Shown piece by piece: positions 34,450-43,543 of a stretch of DNA of 64,000 bases. Below the pieces are notes generated by a model. The model saw only the letters and a program-made list of their open reading frames with translations. It had not been told where the DNA came from and made no database searches. Each line of letters opens with the position of its first letter. Within the stretch, counting starts at the first letter, position 1. The translations under genes were made by a program, and so were the position numbers. The DNA comes from an uncultured Bacteroidales bacterium (GTDB lineage: Bacteria; Bacteroidota; Bacteroidia; Bacteroidales; FEN-979): assembly GCA_963768805.1 (NCBI GenBank), contig CAVYJI010000004.1, forward strand, positions 1,415 to 65,414, written 5' to 3'.

Positions 34450-35439
34450 ATGAAAGAGATCAATTCGCCCGGAGAATTTATGGAAATGGTCAATGCCTTC
34501 CGCATCAGCAGGATCATTCTCTCAGCGCATGAACTGAACATTTTTTCAATGCTGAAAGACGGCCCGCTCACTTCTGTGAATGTGGCAAAGGCAGCAGGAA
34601 CCAATGAACGTGCTACTGACCGGCTAATGAATGCTCTTGTCCCCATAGGGCTTCTGAAAAAATCAGGCAGCCAGTTCTACAATACAGATTTTACTACCCG
34701 ATTCATGATCAAAGGACAGCCCTCATACATGGGGGGTATCGACCATCTTGTTCAGCTTTGGAGGACATGGAGCACACTTACAGAAGCAGTAAAAGCCGGA
34801 ACGTCGGTAGCCTTTAAGCAGCCGATCGGCGAGCGGGATGATACGTGGTTAGAACCCTTTATTGCAGCTATGCATTCGAGAGCACTTCAACAGGCAAAAG
34901 AGATTGCAGCGGTGCTTGATCTTACGGAAACAAAGAACATGCTGGATATCGGCGGGGGTTCCGGGGCATTCACGTTTGAATTCATCCGTGAGAATCCCAC
35001 GATCAAAGGAATTATTTTCGATCTTCCCAACGTGATACCACTCACAAAGCAATACATTACCAGGGAGGGATTTGATGGTAAGGTTTCGACAATCTCAGGT
35101 AACTACCTGAAAGACAAATTCGGCCATAATTTTGATCTGATCCTGCTTTCTGCTGTCATTCATATCAATTCACCTGAAGAAAACAAAGATCTTATAAATA
35201 AATGCACAGAAGCTTTGAACCCTGATGGTCAGCTTGTCATTCTTGACCACGTCATGACGGAAGACCGTACGTTACCTGCTGCAGGTGCTTTCTTTGCGCT
35301 GAATATGCTTGTGGGAACTGAAAAAGGCGATACCTATACGGAAAATGAGATCAAATCCTGGTTGCAGAAGGCAGGGTTCAGATACATCAGGAGAAGAGAT
35401 ACTCCACAGGGATCAAACATGATGATCGGGATAAAATGA
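34450..35439 (+). CDS. class-I SAM-dependent O-methyltransferase (family 2, with N-terminal dimerisation/wHTH domain)
   Basis: SAM motif I MLDIGGGSGAF, acidic residue in IIFDLPNV and post-I motifs. ~330-aa OMT architecture. Confidence 0.75.
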   Translation: MKEINSPGEFMEMVNAFRISRIILSAHELNIFSMLKDGPLTSVNVAKAAGTNERATDRLMNALVPIGLLKKSGSQFYNTDFTTRFMIKGQPSYMGGIDHLVQLWRTWSTLTEAVKAGTSVAFKQPIGERDDTWLEPFIAAMHSRALQQAKEIAAVLDLTETKNMLDIGGGSGAFTFEFIRENPTIKGIIFDLPNVIPLTKQYITREGFDGKVSTISGNYLKDKFGHNFDLILLSAVIHINSPEENKDLINKCTEALNPDGQLVILDHVMTEDRTLPAAGAFFALNMLVGTEKGDTYTENEIKSWLQKAGFRYIRRRDTPQGSNMMIGIK

Positions 35440-35473
35440 CCATCCCCTAAACAAGGCATCAGGACGGCATCGA

Positions 35474-38431
35474 TCATGCTCTTGGATCTTTCTTCAATGG
35501 CATCTTGGCCATTTTCTTTACCTCCATGCTCGGGAACCCGAATTCCTCCACGATCTTTCCCAGAACAAGATAGATACCGTCACCACGGAAGGGGTAATTC
35601 TTCACTGAATCAGGAAAATGAACTGTATCAAAGAACTGACCTGAGATGTCGATAAATGTCCCGAAATGCATCCATTCCTGCTTAACAGTCCTCACATATT
35701 TAATTGTCACAAGCTGCCCCAGCATCCTTACATTCCTGCCCAGGGCGCCAATCATGTCCTTTGCCATGATCTCACCCCGGAAAGAGGTTTCGAGAAGATC
35801 GAAATAGGTATGTTTTACTGGGAACCCGAGCAGTTCAACTTCATCATAAACGTCTTCCACGGTACTTTGCTCAAGGGAAGGCAGTTCATATGCTTTTGGC
35901 GGAGTATAGAAAAGCGCGTCATGTCCGTTGACAGAAGGCTTCTTCCCCAGAAGCAAATGCGATTCCCAGAGAAGCTGGGCCTTTGATTTTCCTGTGAAGC
36001 GCAGTGCCCCGATCCTGACAAGGAGTATAAGTTGTTCGAGCGGGATTTGCGTTCTCATGATGAAGTCTTCAAGGCCGGTGTATTCGCCATTTGCTTTTCT
36101 TTCTTCAGAGATCCTTTTCGCTACTGAGCTCTCAAGGTTCGCAACATGAACGAACCCCACATAAATATCGGTTCCGGTGATGCTCGTTTTATAATCGCCC
36201 CGATTGACACAGGGAAGATTAAGGGTGGCGCCGCAGTTCCTGGCCTCATTGAAGTAAACCCATGAGCTGTAAAACCCGCCGAAGTTGTTTATCACGCCGG
36301 TCATGAATTCCAAAGGGTAATGGGCTTTCAGGTAGAGGCTCTGATAGCTTTCAACGGCATAGGATGCCGAGTGGGCCTTTGAGAAGGAATATCCGGCAAA
36401 GGATTCGATCTGTCGCCAGACCTCCTTCGAAACTTCTTCAGGGTAACCAAAATCCCTGCAATTCTCAAAAAATTTATCGATAATCCTCTGCAGCTCTTTT
36501 TTCGAGCGGTATTTTCCGCTCATGGCCCGGCGCAGCACATCGGCATCAGCAAGGTCGAGCCCGGCAAAATGGTGGCATATTTTCAGGACATCTTCCTGGT
36601 ACACCATGACCCCGTATGTTTCTTTCAACTGCTCTTCCATCACAGGATGCAGGTATTTGAACTGCCCGGGGTGATGAAACCTGTAAATGTATTCGCGCAT
36701 CATACCCGAACGGGCCACGCCCGGGCGGATAATAGAACTGGCTGCAACCAGGCTGCGGTAATTATCACATTGCAGTTTTTTCAATAATCCACGCATGGCA
36801 GGACTTTCCACATAAAAGCAACCAATGGTCTCCCCCCTCCGAAGAAGATCTTTCACCTTTTCGTCTTTTTTAAATTCCTGAACCTTGTGAACATCAACAT
36901 TCACTGCCCGGTTCTTAAGGATGATCTCAGCAGTTTCCTTGATGTGACCGATACCCCGTTGGCTGAGGATATCCAGCTTTTCGAAGCCGATATCTTCAGC
37001 CACATACATATCCCATTGCGTCGTAGGAAACCCTTTTGGAGGCATGTCAAGGGCGGTATAGCAGGTGATAGGTTCATCTGAGATCAGCACTCCCCCTGCA
37101 TGAATACTGCGGAGGTTCGGAAAATCAACCATCATGGCCCCGAGTTCTGCGATCTTTTGGGTAATTTTATTCTTATGGATCTCTTTTTCAGGATATTTCA
37201 GCAGATCATCCATCTCCCCTTTAGGAAGTCCCTGCACCTTTCCAAGTTCCCTGTAGATCGAATTGCCTTTGAACGTTGACATGGCGCCAAGCAGGGCGGT
37301 ATATTTACGGCCATAACGCTTGAAGATATAATCCAGCACTTCATCTCTTTCTTTCCATGAATAGTCGATATCAAAATCAGGAGGAGAGGTCCTTTTGGGG
37401 TTGATAAAGCGTTCGAAGTAAAGGTCAAGCTCAATAGGATCCACATCGGTTATCTTCAGGCAATAGGCCACGATGCTGTTGGCGCCGCTGCCGCGGCCAA
37501 CATGGTAGAATCCCCGTGACATGGAATAACGGATGATGTCCCATGTGATGAGAAAATAGGGGGAAAAACCCATCTTATCGATGATATCGAGTTCATGCCT
37601 GACCCGGTTTGCTGCTTCCTTGTTGGCCTTTCCGTAACGGTAAACCAGCCCGTCGCCGGCGAGTTTCTCAAGAAGGGTCCTGTCATCATAGGAATTGCCG
37701 GTAAAGGTCTTCCTGTTCTTTAGAGTGGCAAAATCAAAATCCACTGAGCATTCCCCGAGCAGTTGTTCTGTATTCCTTATCAGTTGTGGATAATCTTTGT
37801 AAAGATCCCTTACTTTTTCTTCCCGCATTATCATTTCGCCGGGAGTAGCCAGTTGCCCCGGTTGAAGCCGGCTGAGGAGGATGTTGTTATCGATGGCCCG
37901 CAGGTGGCAATGCAGGGCGTATTCCTTTTCATTGCTGAATGTAACCGGGAAAAGGATGACAGCGCGATCAAGGATACTCTTGTCATTGACGGTCGCCAGC
38001 TTCCTGATGAATGAGGGATGAATGCCTGGAAACTGGCGAGCTGGCAGGTTCCCGTTATCCTTGTTTTTTACTGCTTCTCTACCGGGAAAAGGATAGATTG
38101 CAACTGCATTTTCAAACTCAGGGACCTGGTCTGGCAACGGAACTCCACTGATGGTATGATATGACAGGAATTCATTCAGCTCATGGAAGCCTTCATTATT
38201 TTTTGCAAGGCCGATATAGAGCAGCTTTTCCTCCCTGCGGAATTCAATCCCTGCAACAGGTCTGATCCCATTTTCACGGCATGTCTTTACAAAATCCATC
38301 ATACCTGTGGAATTGTTGATATCTGTTAAAGCAAGTGTCGTGACGCCGCATGCCTTTGCCGTTTCCACCAGTTTTTCAATGGAAAGGGTGCCATAGCGCA
38401 GGGAATAATATGAGTGGCAGTTGAGGTACAT
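35474..38431 (-). CDS. dnaE2: error-prone DNA polymerase III alpha-subunit paralogue (DnaE2-type)
   Basis: N-terminal PHP domain (YLNCHSYYSLRYGTLSIEKLV) and polymerase core (..FERFINPKRTSPPDFDIDY..). 985-aa short form, 9 nt downstream of dinB. Confidence 0.85.
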   Translation of the reverse strand: MYLNCHSYYSLRYGTLSIEKLVETAKACGVTTLALTDINNSTGMMDFVKTCRENGIRPVAGIEFRREEKLLYIGLAKNNEGFHELNEFLSYHTISGVPLPDQVPEFENAVAIYPFPGREAVKNKDNGNLPARQFPGIHPSFIRKLATVNDKSILDRAVILFPVTFSNEKEYALHCHLRAIDNNILLSRLQPGQLATPGEMIMREEKVRDLYKDYPQLIRNTEQLLGECSVDFDFATLKNRKTFTGNSYDDRTLLEKLAGDGLVYRYGKANKEAANRVRHELDIIDKMGFSPYFLITWDIIRYSMSRGFYHVGRGSGANSIVAYCLKITDVDPIELDLYFERFINPKRTSPPDFDIDYSWKERDEVLDYIFKRYGRKYTALLGAMSTFKGNSIYRELGKVQGLPKGEMDDLLKYPEKEIHKNKITQKIAELGAMMVDFPNLRSIHAGGVLISDEPITCYTALDMPPKGFPTTQWDMYVAEDIGFEKLDILSQRGIGHIKETAEIILKNRAVNVDVHKVQEFKKDEKVKDLLRRGETIGCFYVESPAMRGLLKKLQCDNYRSLVAASSIIRPGVARSGMMREYIYRFHHPGQFKYLHPVMEEQLKETYGVMVYQEDVLKICHHFAGLDLADADVLRRAMSGKYRSKKELQRIIDKFFENCRDFGYPEEVSKEVWRQIESFAGYSFSKAHSASYAVESYQSLYLKAHYPLEFMTGVINNFGGFYSSWVYFNEARNCGATLNLPCVNRGDYKTSITGTDIYVGFVHVANLESSVAKRISEERKANGEYTGLEDFIMRTQIPLEQLILLVRIGALRFTGKSKAQLLWESHLLLGKKPSVNGHDALFYTPPKAYELPSLEQSTVEDVYDEVELLGFPVKHTYFDLLETSFRGEIMAKDMIGALGRNVRMLGQLVTIKYVRTVKQEWMHFGTFIDISGQFFDTVHFPDSVKNYPFRGDGIYLVLGKIVEEFGFPSMEVKKMAKMPLKKDPRA

Positions 38432-38440
38432 TTCTTTATT

Positions 38441-39613
38441 TCACCATTTTACCATTTCGCTGTCGTTTATTGACACCGCTCTCCTCACCGCTTTTGGGCC
38501 ATATCTCCGTTTCATCCGGTCCACGGCCTGATAAAGGTTGATCATCTCCACCGAATCCTCGAACATGTCGATCTGCTGGCTGCCGGGAACCAGCTTGCTG
38601 AAACGTACCCCTACCAGGCGGATCAGCATACGGCGCTGATAGAGTTTGTCGAACAGTTCTTTTACAATGGGGATGAGGACATGGTCGAAGGCTGTGTAAG
38701 GGACCATTTGCTGGATGGTATGGGTATCGAAATTGGAATACCGGATCTTGACCGTTACACAGGCAGTAAGCTTTTGCTGTTCACGCAACTCATAGGCGAT
38801 CTTCTCCACCATCTTCACCAGGATCTCCTTCATCCTGACAATATCAATCGTATCCTGTTCAAATGTAGTTTCCGTGCTGACCGATTTGCTCTCAGAATAT
38901 TGCCTTACCGGGGTCGTGTCAATGCCATTGGCACGCTCCCAAAGGATGATGCCGTTCTTTCCCATGACCCGTTCCATCATTTCCATGGGAATGCGGCTCA
39001 GGGTATCGATGGTGGCAACTCCCATAGACCTGAGCAAAGGGTAGGTCTTCTCCCCTATTCCCGGTATTTTCCTGATCGACAAAGGGGCAAGGAACGGCTT
39101 TACATGATCTCCCGGCACCTGCAGTTCCCCATTCGGCTTGGCTTCGCCGGTAGCAATCTTTGAAACGGTTTTGTTTACCGATAGGCCGAATGATATTGGC
39201 AGTCCGGTATTTTTTATGATCGCCGTACGAAGCTCATGGGTCCATTTCAGCAGACCAAAGAAACGATCCATGCCGGTCACATCGAGATAATGTTCATCAA
39301 CAGAAGCTTTCTCATACAATGGCGCCTTTTCTGCAATGATGTCTGTGACCATGTGCGAATAGCGGGAATAAAGTTCCATATCGCCACGGATGAATATGGC
39401 ATCCCGGCACATCATCCGGGCCATTTTCATCGGCATGGCTGAGTTGACTCCGAAGCGACGGGCCTCATAGCTGCAACTTGACACAACGCCCCTGTCTGAC
39501 ATCCCGCCAATGATCACCGGCTTGCCCTGCAACGCAGGATTCTGCAGGCGTTCCACCGACACAAAGAAGGTGTCGAGATCAAAGTGAACAATATCGCGGT
39601 TTGTTTTTAACAT
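38441..39613 (-). CDS. dinB: Y-family DNA polymerase IV
   Basis: IVHFDLDTFFVSVE, SCSYEARRFGVNSAMP, SVDEHYLDVTG and ..IRKIPGIGEKT.. are Y-family motifs. Confidence 0.9.
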   Translation of the reverse strand: MLKTNRDIVHFDLDTFFVSVERLQNPALQGKPVIIGGMSDRGVVSSCSYEARRFGVNSAMPMKMARMMCRDAIFIRGDMELYSRYSHMVTDIIAEKAPLYEKASVDEHYLDVTGMDRFFGLLKWTHELRTAIIKNTGLPISFGLSVNKTVSKIATGEAKPNGELQVPGDHVKPFLAPLSIRKIPGIGEKTYPLLRSMGVATIDTLSRIPMEMMERVMGKNGIILWERANGIDTTPVRQYSESKSVSTETTFEQDTIDIVRMKEILVKMVEKIAYELREQQKLTACVTVKIRYSNFDTHTIQQMVPYTAFDHVLIPIVKELFDKLYQRRMLIRLVGVRFSKLVPGSQQIDMFEDSVEMINLYQAVDRMKRRYGPKAVRRAVSINDSEMVKW

Positions 39614-39708
39614 TTTTCTCGTTTTCCGTTATTTATTTTATTAACTTTGACGAAATTTTAATCATTATTCCGACTACAATATAATCATAATTTAAAACAA
39701 ATGCAACT

Positions 39709-40512
39709 ATGTTTTTTCATTCGAACATAAAATTTTTCAGAAAGAGGATGGGGCGGACACAGGATGATGTGGCAGCTGCCCTTGGAATGAAGCGTTCAAC
39801 CCTGAGCGGATATGAGAATGCCATTGCCCAGCCCGGCATAGAGGCCCTGGTCAGGTTTTCAAATTATTTCAGGGTAGCGATCGACACCCTGATCAAGGTT
39901 GATCTCACCAGGCTACCTGAAAGCCAGCTCCGCCAGCTGGAAAATGGCTACGATGTTTTCATCAAAGGCAGCAGCATGAGGGTGCTGGCGACCACTGTTG
40001 GACAGGATAACGTCGAGAACATTGAGCTTGTAACTGAAAAAGCAAAAGCAGGATATAAGAGTGGATTTGCTGATCCGGAATATATCAGTATCCTCCCTAC
40101 TTTCAGGCTTCCGTTTCTTTCAAAACAAAAAAAATACCGTACGTTCCAGGTTAGCGGCGATTCCATGCTGCCCATCCCTGAAGGAGCCTGGGTAACCGGA
40201 GTCTTCATCCAGGACTGGAGTTCCCTTCGCAACCGTGATGCATGTATTATCCTTACATCAGAAGAAGGCATCGTATTTAAAGTAATTGAAAACAGGCTCC
40301 TTGACGAAGGGAAGCTCATCCTTCACTCCCTGAACCCGGCTTATGAGCCTTATGATATTCCGGCAAACGATATCCGGGAAATCTGGCAGTTTGTCAATTA
40401 TATCAGCCCGGAGATTCCTGAAAACAATGCCAATACGACTTACCAGCTTGCCCAGACGGTAAAAAAACTGACAACCGACGTTAAAGCCATCAGAACCAGG
40501 CTTAATCTTTAA
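39709..40512 (+). CDS. XRE-type HTH + S24 peptidase repressor (non-canonical LexA-like)
   Basis: N-terminal HTH (RMGRTQDDVAAALGMKRSTLSGYENA) and C-terminal S24 domain with Ser in VSGDSMLP and a downstream Lys (GIVFKVIE). Divergent from dinB-dnaE2. Confidence 0.8.
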   Translation: MFFHSNIKFFRKRMGRTQDDVAAALGMKRSTLSGYENAIAQPGIEALVRFSNYFRVAIDTLIKVDLTRLPESQLRQLENGYDVFIKGSSMRVLATTVGQDNVENIELVTEKAKAGYKSGFADPEYISILPTFRLPFLSKQKKYRTFQVSGDSMLPIPEGAWVTGVFIQDWSSLRNRDACIILTSEEGIVFKVIENRLLDEGKLILHSLNPAYEPYDIPANDIREIWQFVNYISPEIPENNANTTYQLAQTVKKLTTDVKAIRTRLNL

Positions 40513-40591
40513 AACCCTTTATCTCCTGATCTCCTGGCAAATCATTTAATTAATGAAGTTATGTGAAATTATACTCATTTGATTTTCAATA

Positions 40592-40747
40592 ATGGATTTA
40601 GTTCTTCTCCTGCTATTCACTACATTTGCATACTGTACAGGCACAAACGATAAAAATTCAGGATCAGAGAGCAGGTCATTGCACCAGTCGTTTGAACGAA
40701 GCAAGGTTTCATCCGGGCCGAAAGGTCAATCCTTTCGCTATCAGTGA
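40592..40747 (+). CDS. possible small lipoprotein ORF (51 aa)
   Basis: Hand-found ORF MDLVLLLLFTTFAYCTGTNDKNSGSESRSLHQSFERSKVSSGPKGQSFRYQ with a lipobox-like FAYC. Followed by the small hairpin CGACTGAttTCAGTCG at 40764-40779. No homology evidence. Confidence 0.25.
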   Translation: MDLVLLLLFTTFAYCTGTNDKNSGSESRSLHQSFERSKVSSGPKGQSFRYQ

Positions 40748-40885
40748 TAAATTATAAAATATCCGACTGATTTCAGTCGTTACTAAGGATAAATAATGAC
40801 CTGAAAAGGACCCGGTAATGACAACAAGACAGGGTAATTAAAAATGGAACAGTCTTAGAAATATAGATCAAATAAAAAGAAGAGG

Positions 40886-41752
40886 ATGAAGATTCTTGTA
40901 ACAGGAGGGAACGGACAATTGGGAACCGCCTTAAAAAAATTTGCAGTTGATTATAAAGATCATGACTTTGCGTTTATTGATGTGCAGGACCTGGATCTCA
41001 CTGATTCCCAAGGAATGGCTGCCTTCTTTGCTAAACATAAACCCGGTATCGTGATCAACTGTGCTGCATATACTGCAGTGGACAAGGCAGAATCTGAACC
41101 TGATACAGCAATGGCTGTAAACGGAGAAGTTCCCGGAGAGATGGCAAAGATCTGTGCAAAATCAGGGATCCGGTTGATCCATATCTCAACAGATTATGTC
41201 TTTGACGGAAAGAGTTACATCCCATATAAAGAGACTGATACAGTAAATCCTGTTTCGGTTTATGCAAAAAGCAAGCTGGAAGGTGAAAAAAGGGTACTTG
41301 CAGAGGATGTCAAAGGCATTATCATCCGTACCTCATGGCTCTATTCGGAATATGGACAGAACTTTGTAAAAACGATCCTGAAGAAAGGGAAAGAACTAGG
41401 GAAACTGAGGGTTGTTTATGACCAGATCGGCGGACCTACTTATGCAGGGGATCTCGCCAGGGCAATACTTCAGATTTTGCCGGAGGTTGCAGAAATGGGC
41501 TCCATTGAGATTTACAATTATGCTGATGAAGGTGCGATCAGCTGGTATGATTTCGCACATGCCATTATCGAAATTTCAGGAGTAGATTGTTTTGTTGAAC
41601 CAATTGAATCAAAAGAATTTGCCACTCCTGCAACCCGTCCGGCGTACAGCGTTTTCAACAAAGCCATGTTTAAAGAACGGTTTGGAATTACCATCCCATA
41701 CTGGAGGGACAGCCTGAAAGAATGCCTCAGCAATATGAGGGAACTTCAATAA
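40886..41752 (+). CDS. rfbD: dTDP-4-dehydrorhamnose reductase
   Basis: MKILVTGGNGQLG Rossmann motif, INCAAYTAVDKAE, HISTDYVFDG, YAKSKLEGE. Confidence 0.9.
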   Translation: MKILVTGGNGQLGTALKKFAVDYKDHDFAFIDVQDLDLTDSQGMAAFFAKHKPGIVINCAAYTAVDKAESEPDTAMAVNGEVPGEMAKICAKSGIRLIHISTDYVFDGKSYIPYKETDTVNPVSVYAKSKLEGEKRVLAEDVKGIIIRTSWLYSEYGQNFVKTILKKGKELGKLRVVYDQIGGPTYAGDLARAILQILPEVAEMGSIEIYNYADEGAISWYDFAHAIIEISGVDCFVEPIESKEFATPATRPAYSVFNKAMFKERFGITIPYWRDSLKECLSNMRELQ

Positions 41753-41800
41753 ATTTCATATAACAACTAAAGCGAATTAAAATCTAACCAACGATCATTT

Positions 41801-43543
41801 ATGAATACTGCAATTGACCCTGATGTATTGAAGCGCGCGAATGCCTGGCTTAGCGGAGATTTTGACGATGAAACCCGGATACTGGTCAGGGAGATGATGG
41901 AAAAGAATTCAACAGAACTGACAGATGCCTTTTACCGCGACCTTGAATTCGGGACCGGTGGCCTGAGAGGTATCATGGGTGCAGGAACAAACCGGATGAA
42001 TAAATACACCGTTGGCATGGCTACACAGGGACTCGCCAATTATCTTCTGAAGATGCTTCCCAAGGTTCACACGATCAGTGCCGTTATATCTTTCGACAGC
42101 CGCATCAATAGCAGGTCATTCGCAAAGATAACAGCAGAGGTATTTGCAGCAAATGGTTTCAGGGTTTATCTTTTTGATGACATCCGCCCAACGCCGGAGC
42201 TTTCATTTGCCATCCGTCACCTTAAATGCCAGACTGGGGTAATGATAACTGCTTCGCACAATCCCAAGGAATATAACGGCTACAAAGCCTATTGGGATGA
42301 TGGTGCCCAGATGATCGCACCGCACGATGTAAATGTCATCGGGGAAGTTCAGAAGATCACTTCAATAGATGATGTCAGGTGGACAGGAAATCATGAAAAT
42401 ATTATTGAAATAGGGAAAGAGATCGATGAAGCATATCTTGATTGTATCCAGGGCCTTTCTTTATCACCTGACATAATCCGCCAGCAGAAAGACCTGAGAA
42501 TCGTTTATACGCCGCTTCATGGCTGCGGACGGAAAATGGTTCCGGAGATCCTTAGAAGATATGGGTTTGAGAATGTCACGACGGTGAAGGAACAGATGGT
42601 CGCTGATGGTAATTTTCCGACGGTACGTTCCCCGAACCCTGAAGAGCAGGATGCCATGACCCTTGCCCTCGAACAAGCCCGCAGGATCAATGCTGACCTG
42701 GTTATGGCCACAGATCCGGATGCTGACCGAGTGGGTGTTGCTTTGAAGAACGCCAAAGACGAATATATTCTTCTCAACGGCAACCAAACGGCAGCCCTTC
42801 TTTTTTACTACATACTTGATCGCTGGAAAGAGAAAAACCTTCTGACCGGAAAGGAGTTCATAGTATCGACTATCGTCACTACCGGGCTCCTGGAAAGAAT
42901 TGCTGAAAAATTCAGGGTCGGATACTTCGAATGTCTTACCGGTTTCAAATTTATTGCAGCTGTGATCCGGGAGCAGGAAGGGAAAATGAAGTTTATAGTG
43001 GGGGGAGAAGAGAGTTTCGGCTATCTGGCCGGTGATTTTGTCAGGGACAAGGATGCTGTCAGTGCATGTGCACTCATTGCAGAAGCTGCGGCCTGGATTG
43101 CCAGCAGAGGGAAATCACTTTTTGACCTGCTTATGCAGATCTACCAGGAATTTGGGTTTTATAAAGAATCTCTTTTTTCTGTAACCAAGAAGGGAAAGAG
43201 CGGTGCCGAAGAGATCAGAAAGATGATGGTTAATTACCGCAAGGATCCTCCGGCACTCATCGACAAAATGAAAGTTATCATGGTAAAAGATTATCTGTCA
43301 TTGCTTGAAAAGGATCTGATAACCGGGAAGGAAAAAGCGATTGATCTTCCCGAATCAGATGTTCTGCAGTTCTTCCTGGAAGATGGATCGAGGATCAGTG
43401 TGAGGCCTTCAGGCACCGAACCCAAGATCAAATTTTATTTCAGTGTGAAAGAACAGCTAAGTGACAAAAAAGTATATGACTACACAGATAATATCCTGAC
43501 AAAGAAGATTAATGACATTATTGCCTCGATGAATCTGAAATAA
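41801..43543 (+). CDS. phosphoglucomutase/phosphomannomutase family phospho-sugar mutase
   Basis: Active-site loop TASHNPKEYNGYK, metal loop ATDPDADRVG, sugar loop GGEESFG, phosphate loop RPSGTEPKIK. Confidence 0.9.
   Translation: MNTAIDPDVLKRANAWLSGDFDDETRILVREMMEKNSTELTDAFYRDLEFGTGGLRGIMGAGTNRMNKYTVGMATQGLANYLLKMLPKVHTISAVISFDSRINSRSFAKITAEVFAANGFRVYLFDDIRPTPELSFAIRHLKCQTGVMITASHNPKEYNGYKAYWDDGAQMIAPHDVNVIGEVQKITSIDDVRWTGNHENIIEIGKEIDEAYLDCIQGLSLSPDIIRQQKDLRIVYTPLHGCGRKMVPEILRRYGFENVTTVKEQMVADGNFPTVRSPNPEEQDAMTLALEQARRINADLVMATDPDADRVGVALKNAKDEYILLNGNQTAALLFYYILDRWKEKNLLTGKEFIVSTIVTTGLLERIAEKFRVGYFECLTGFKFIAAVIREQEGKMKFIVGGEESFGYLAGDFVRDKDAVSACALIAEAAAWIASRGKSLFDLLMQIYQEFGFYKESLFSVTKKGKSGAEEIRKMMVNYRKDPPALIDKMKVIMVKDYLSLLEKDLITGKEKAIDLPESDVLQFFLEDGSRISVRPSGTEPKIKFYFSVKEQLSDKKVYDYTDNILTKKINDIIASMNLK

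Noticed and set aside
39614-39708. An SOS-box-like operator between dinB and the LexA-like gene
   Set aside because: Only weak AT-rich features are present (a TAATCAT direct repeat and the partial palindrome TTAACTTTGACGAAATTTTAA), with no counterpart upstream of recA. This is not enough to annotate a site.
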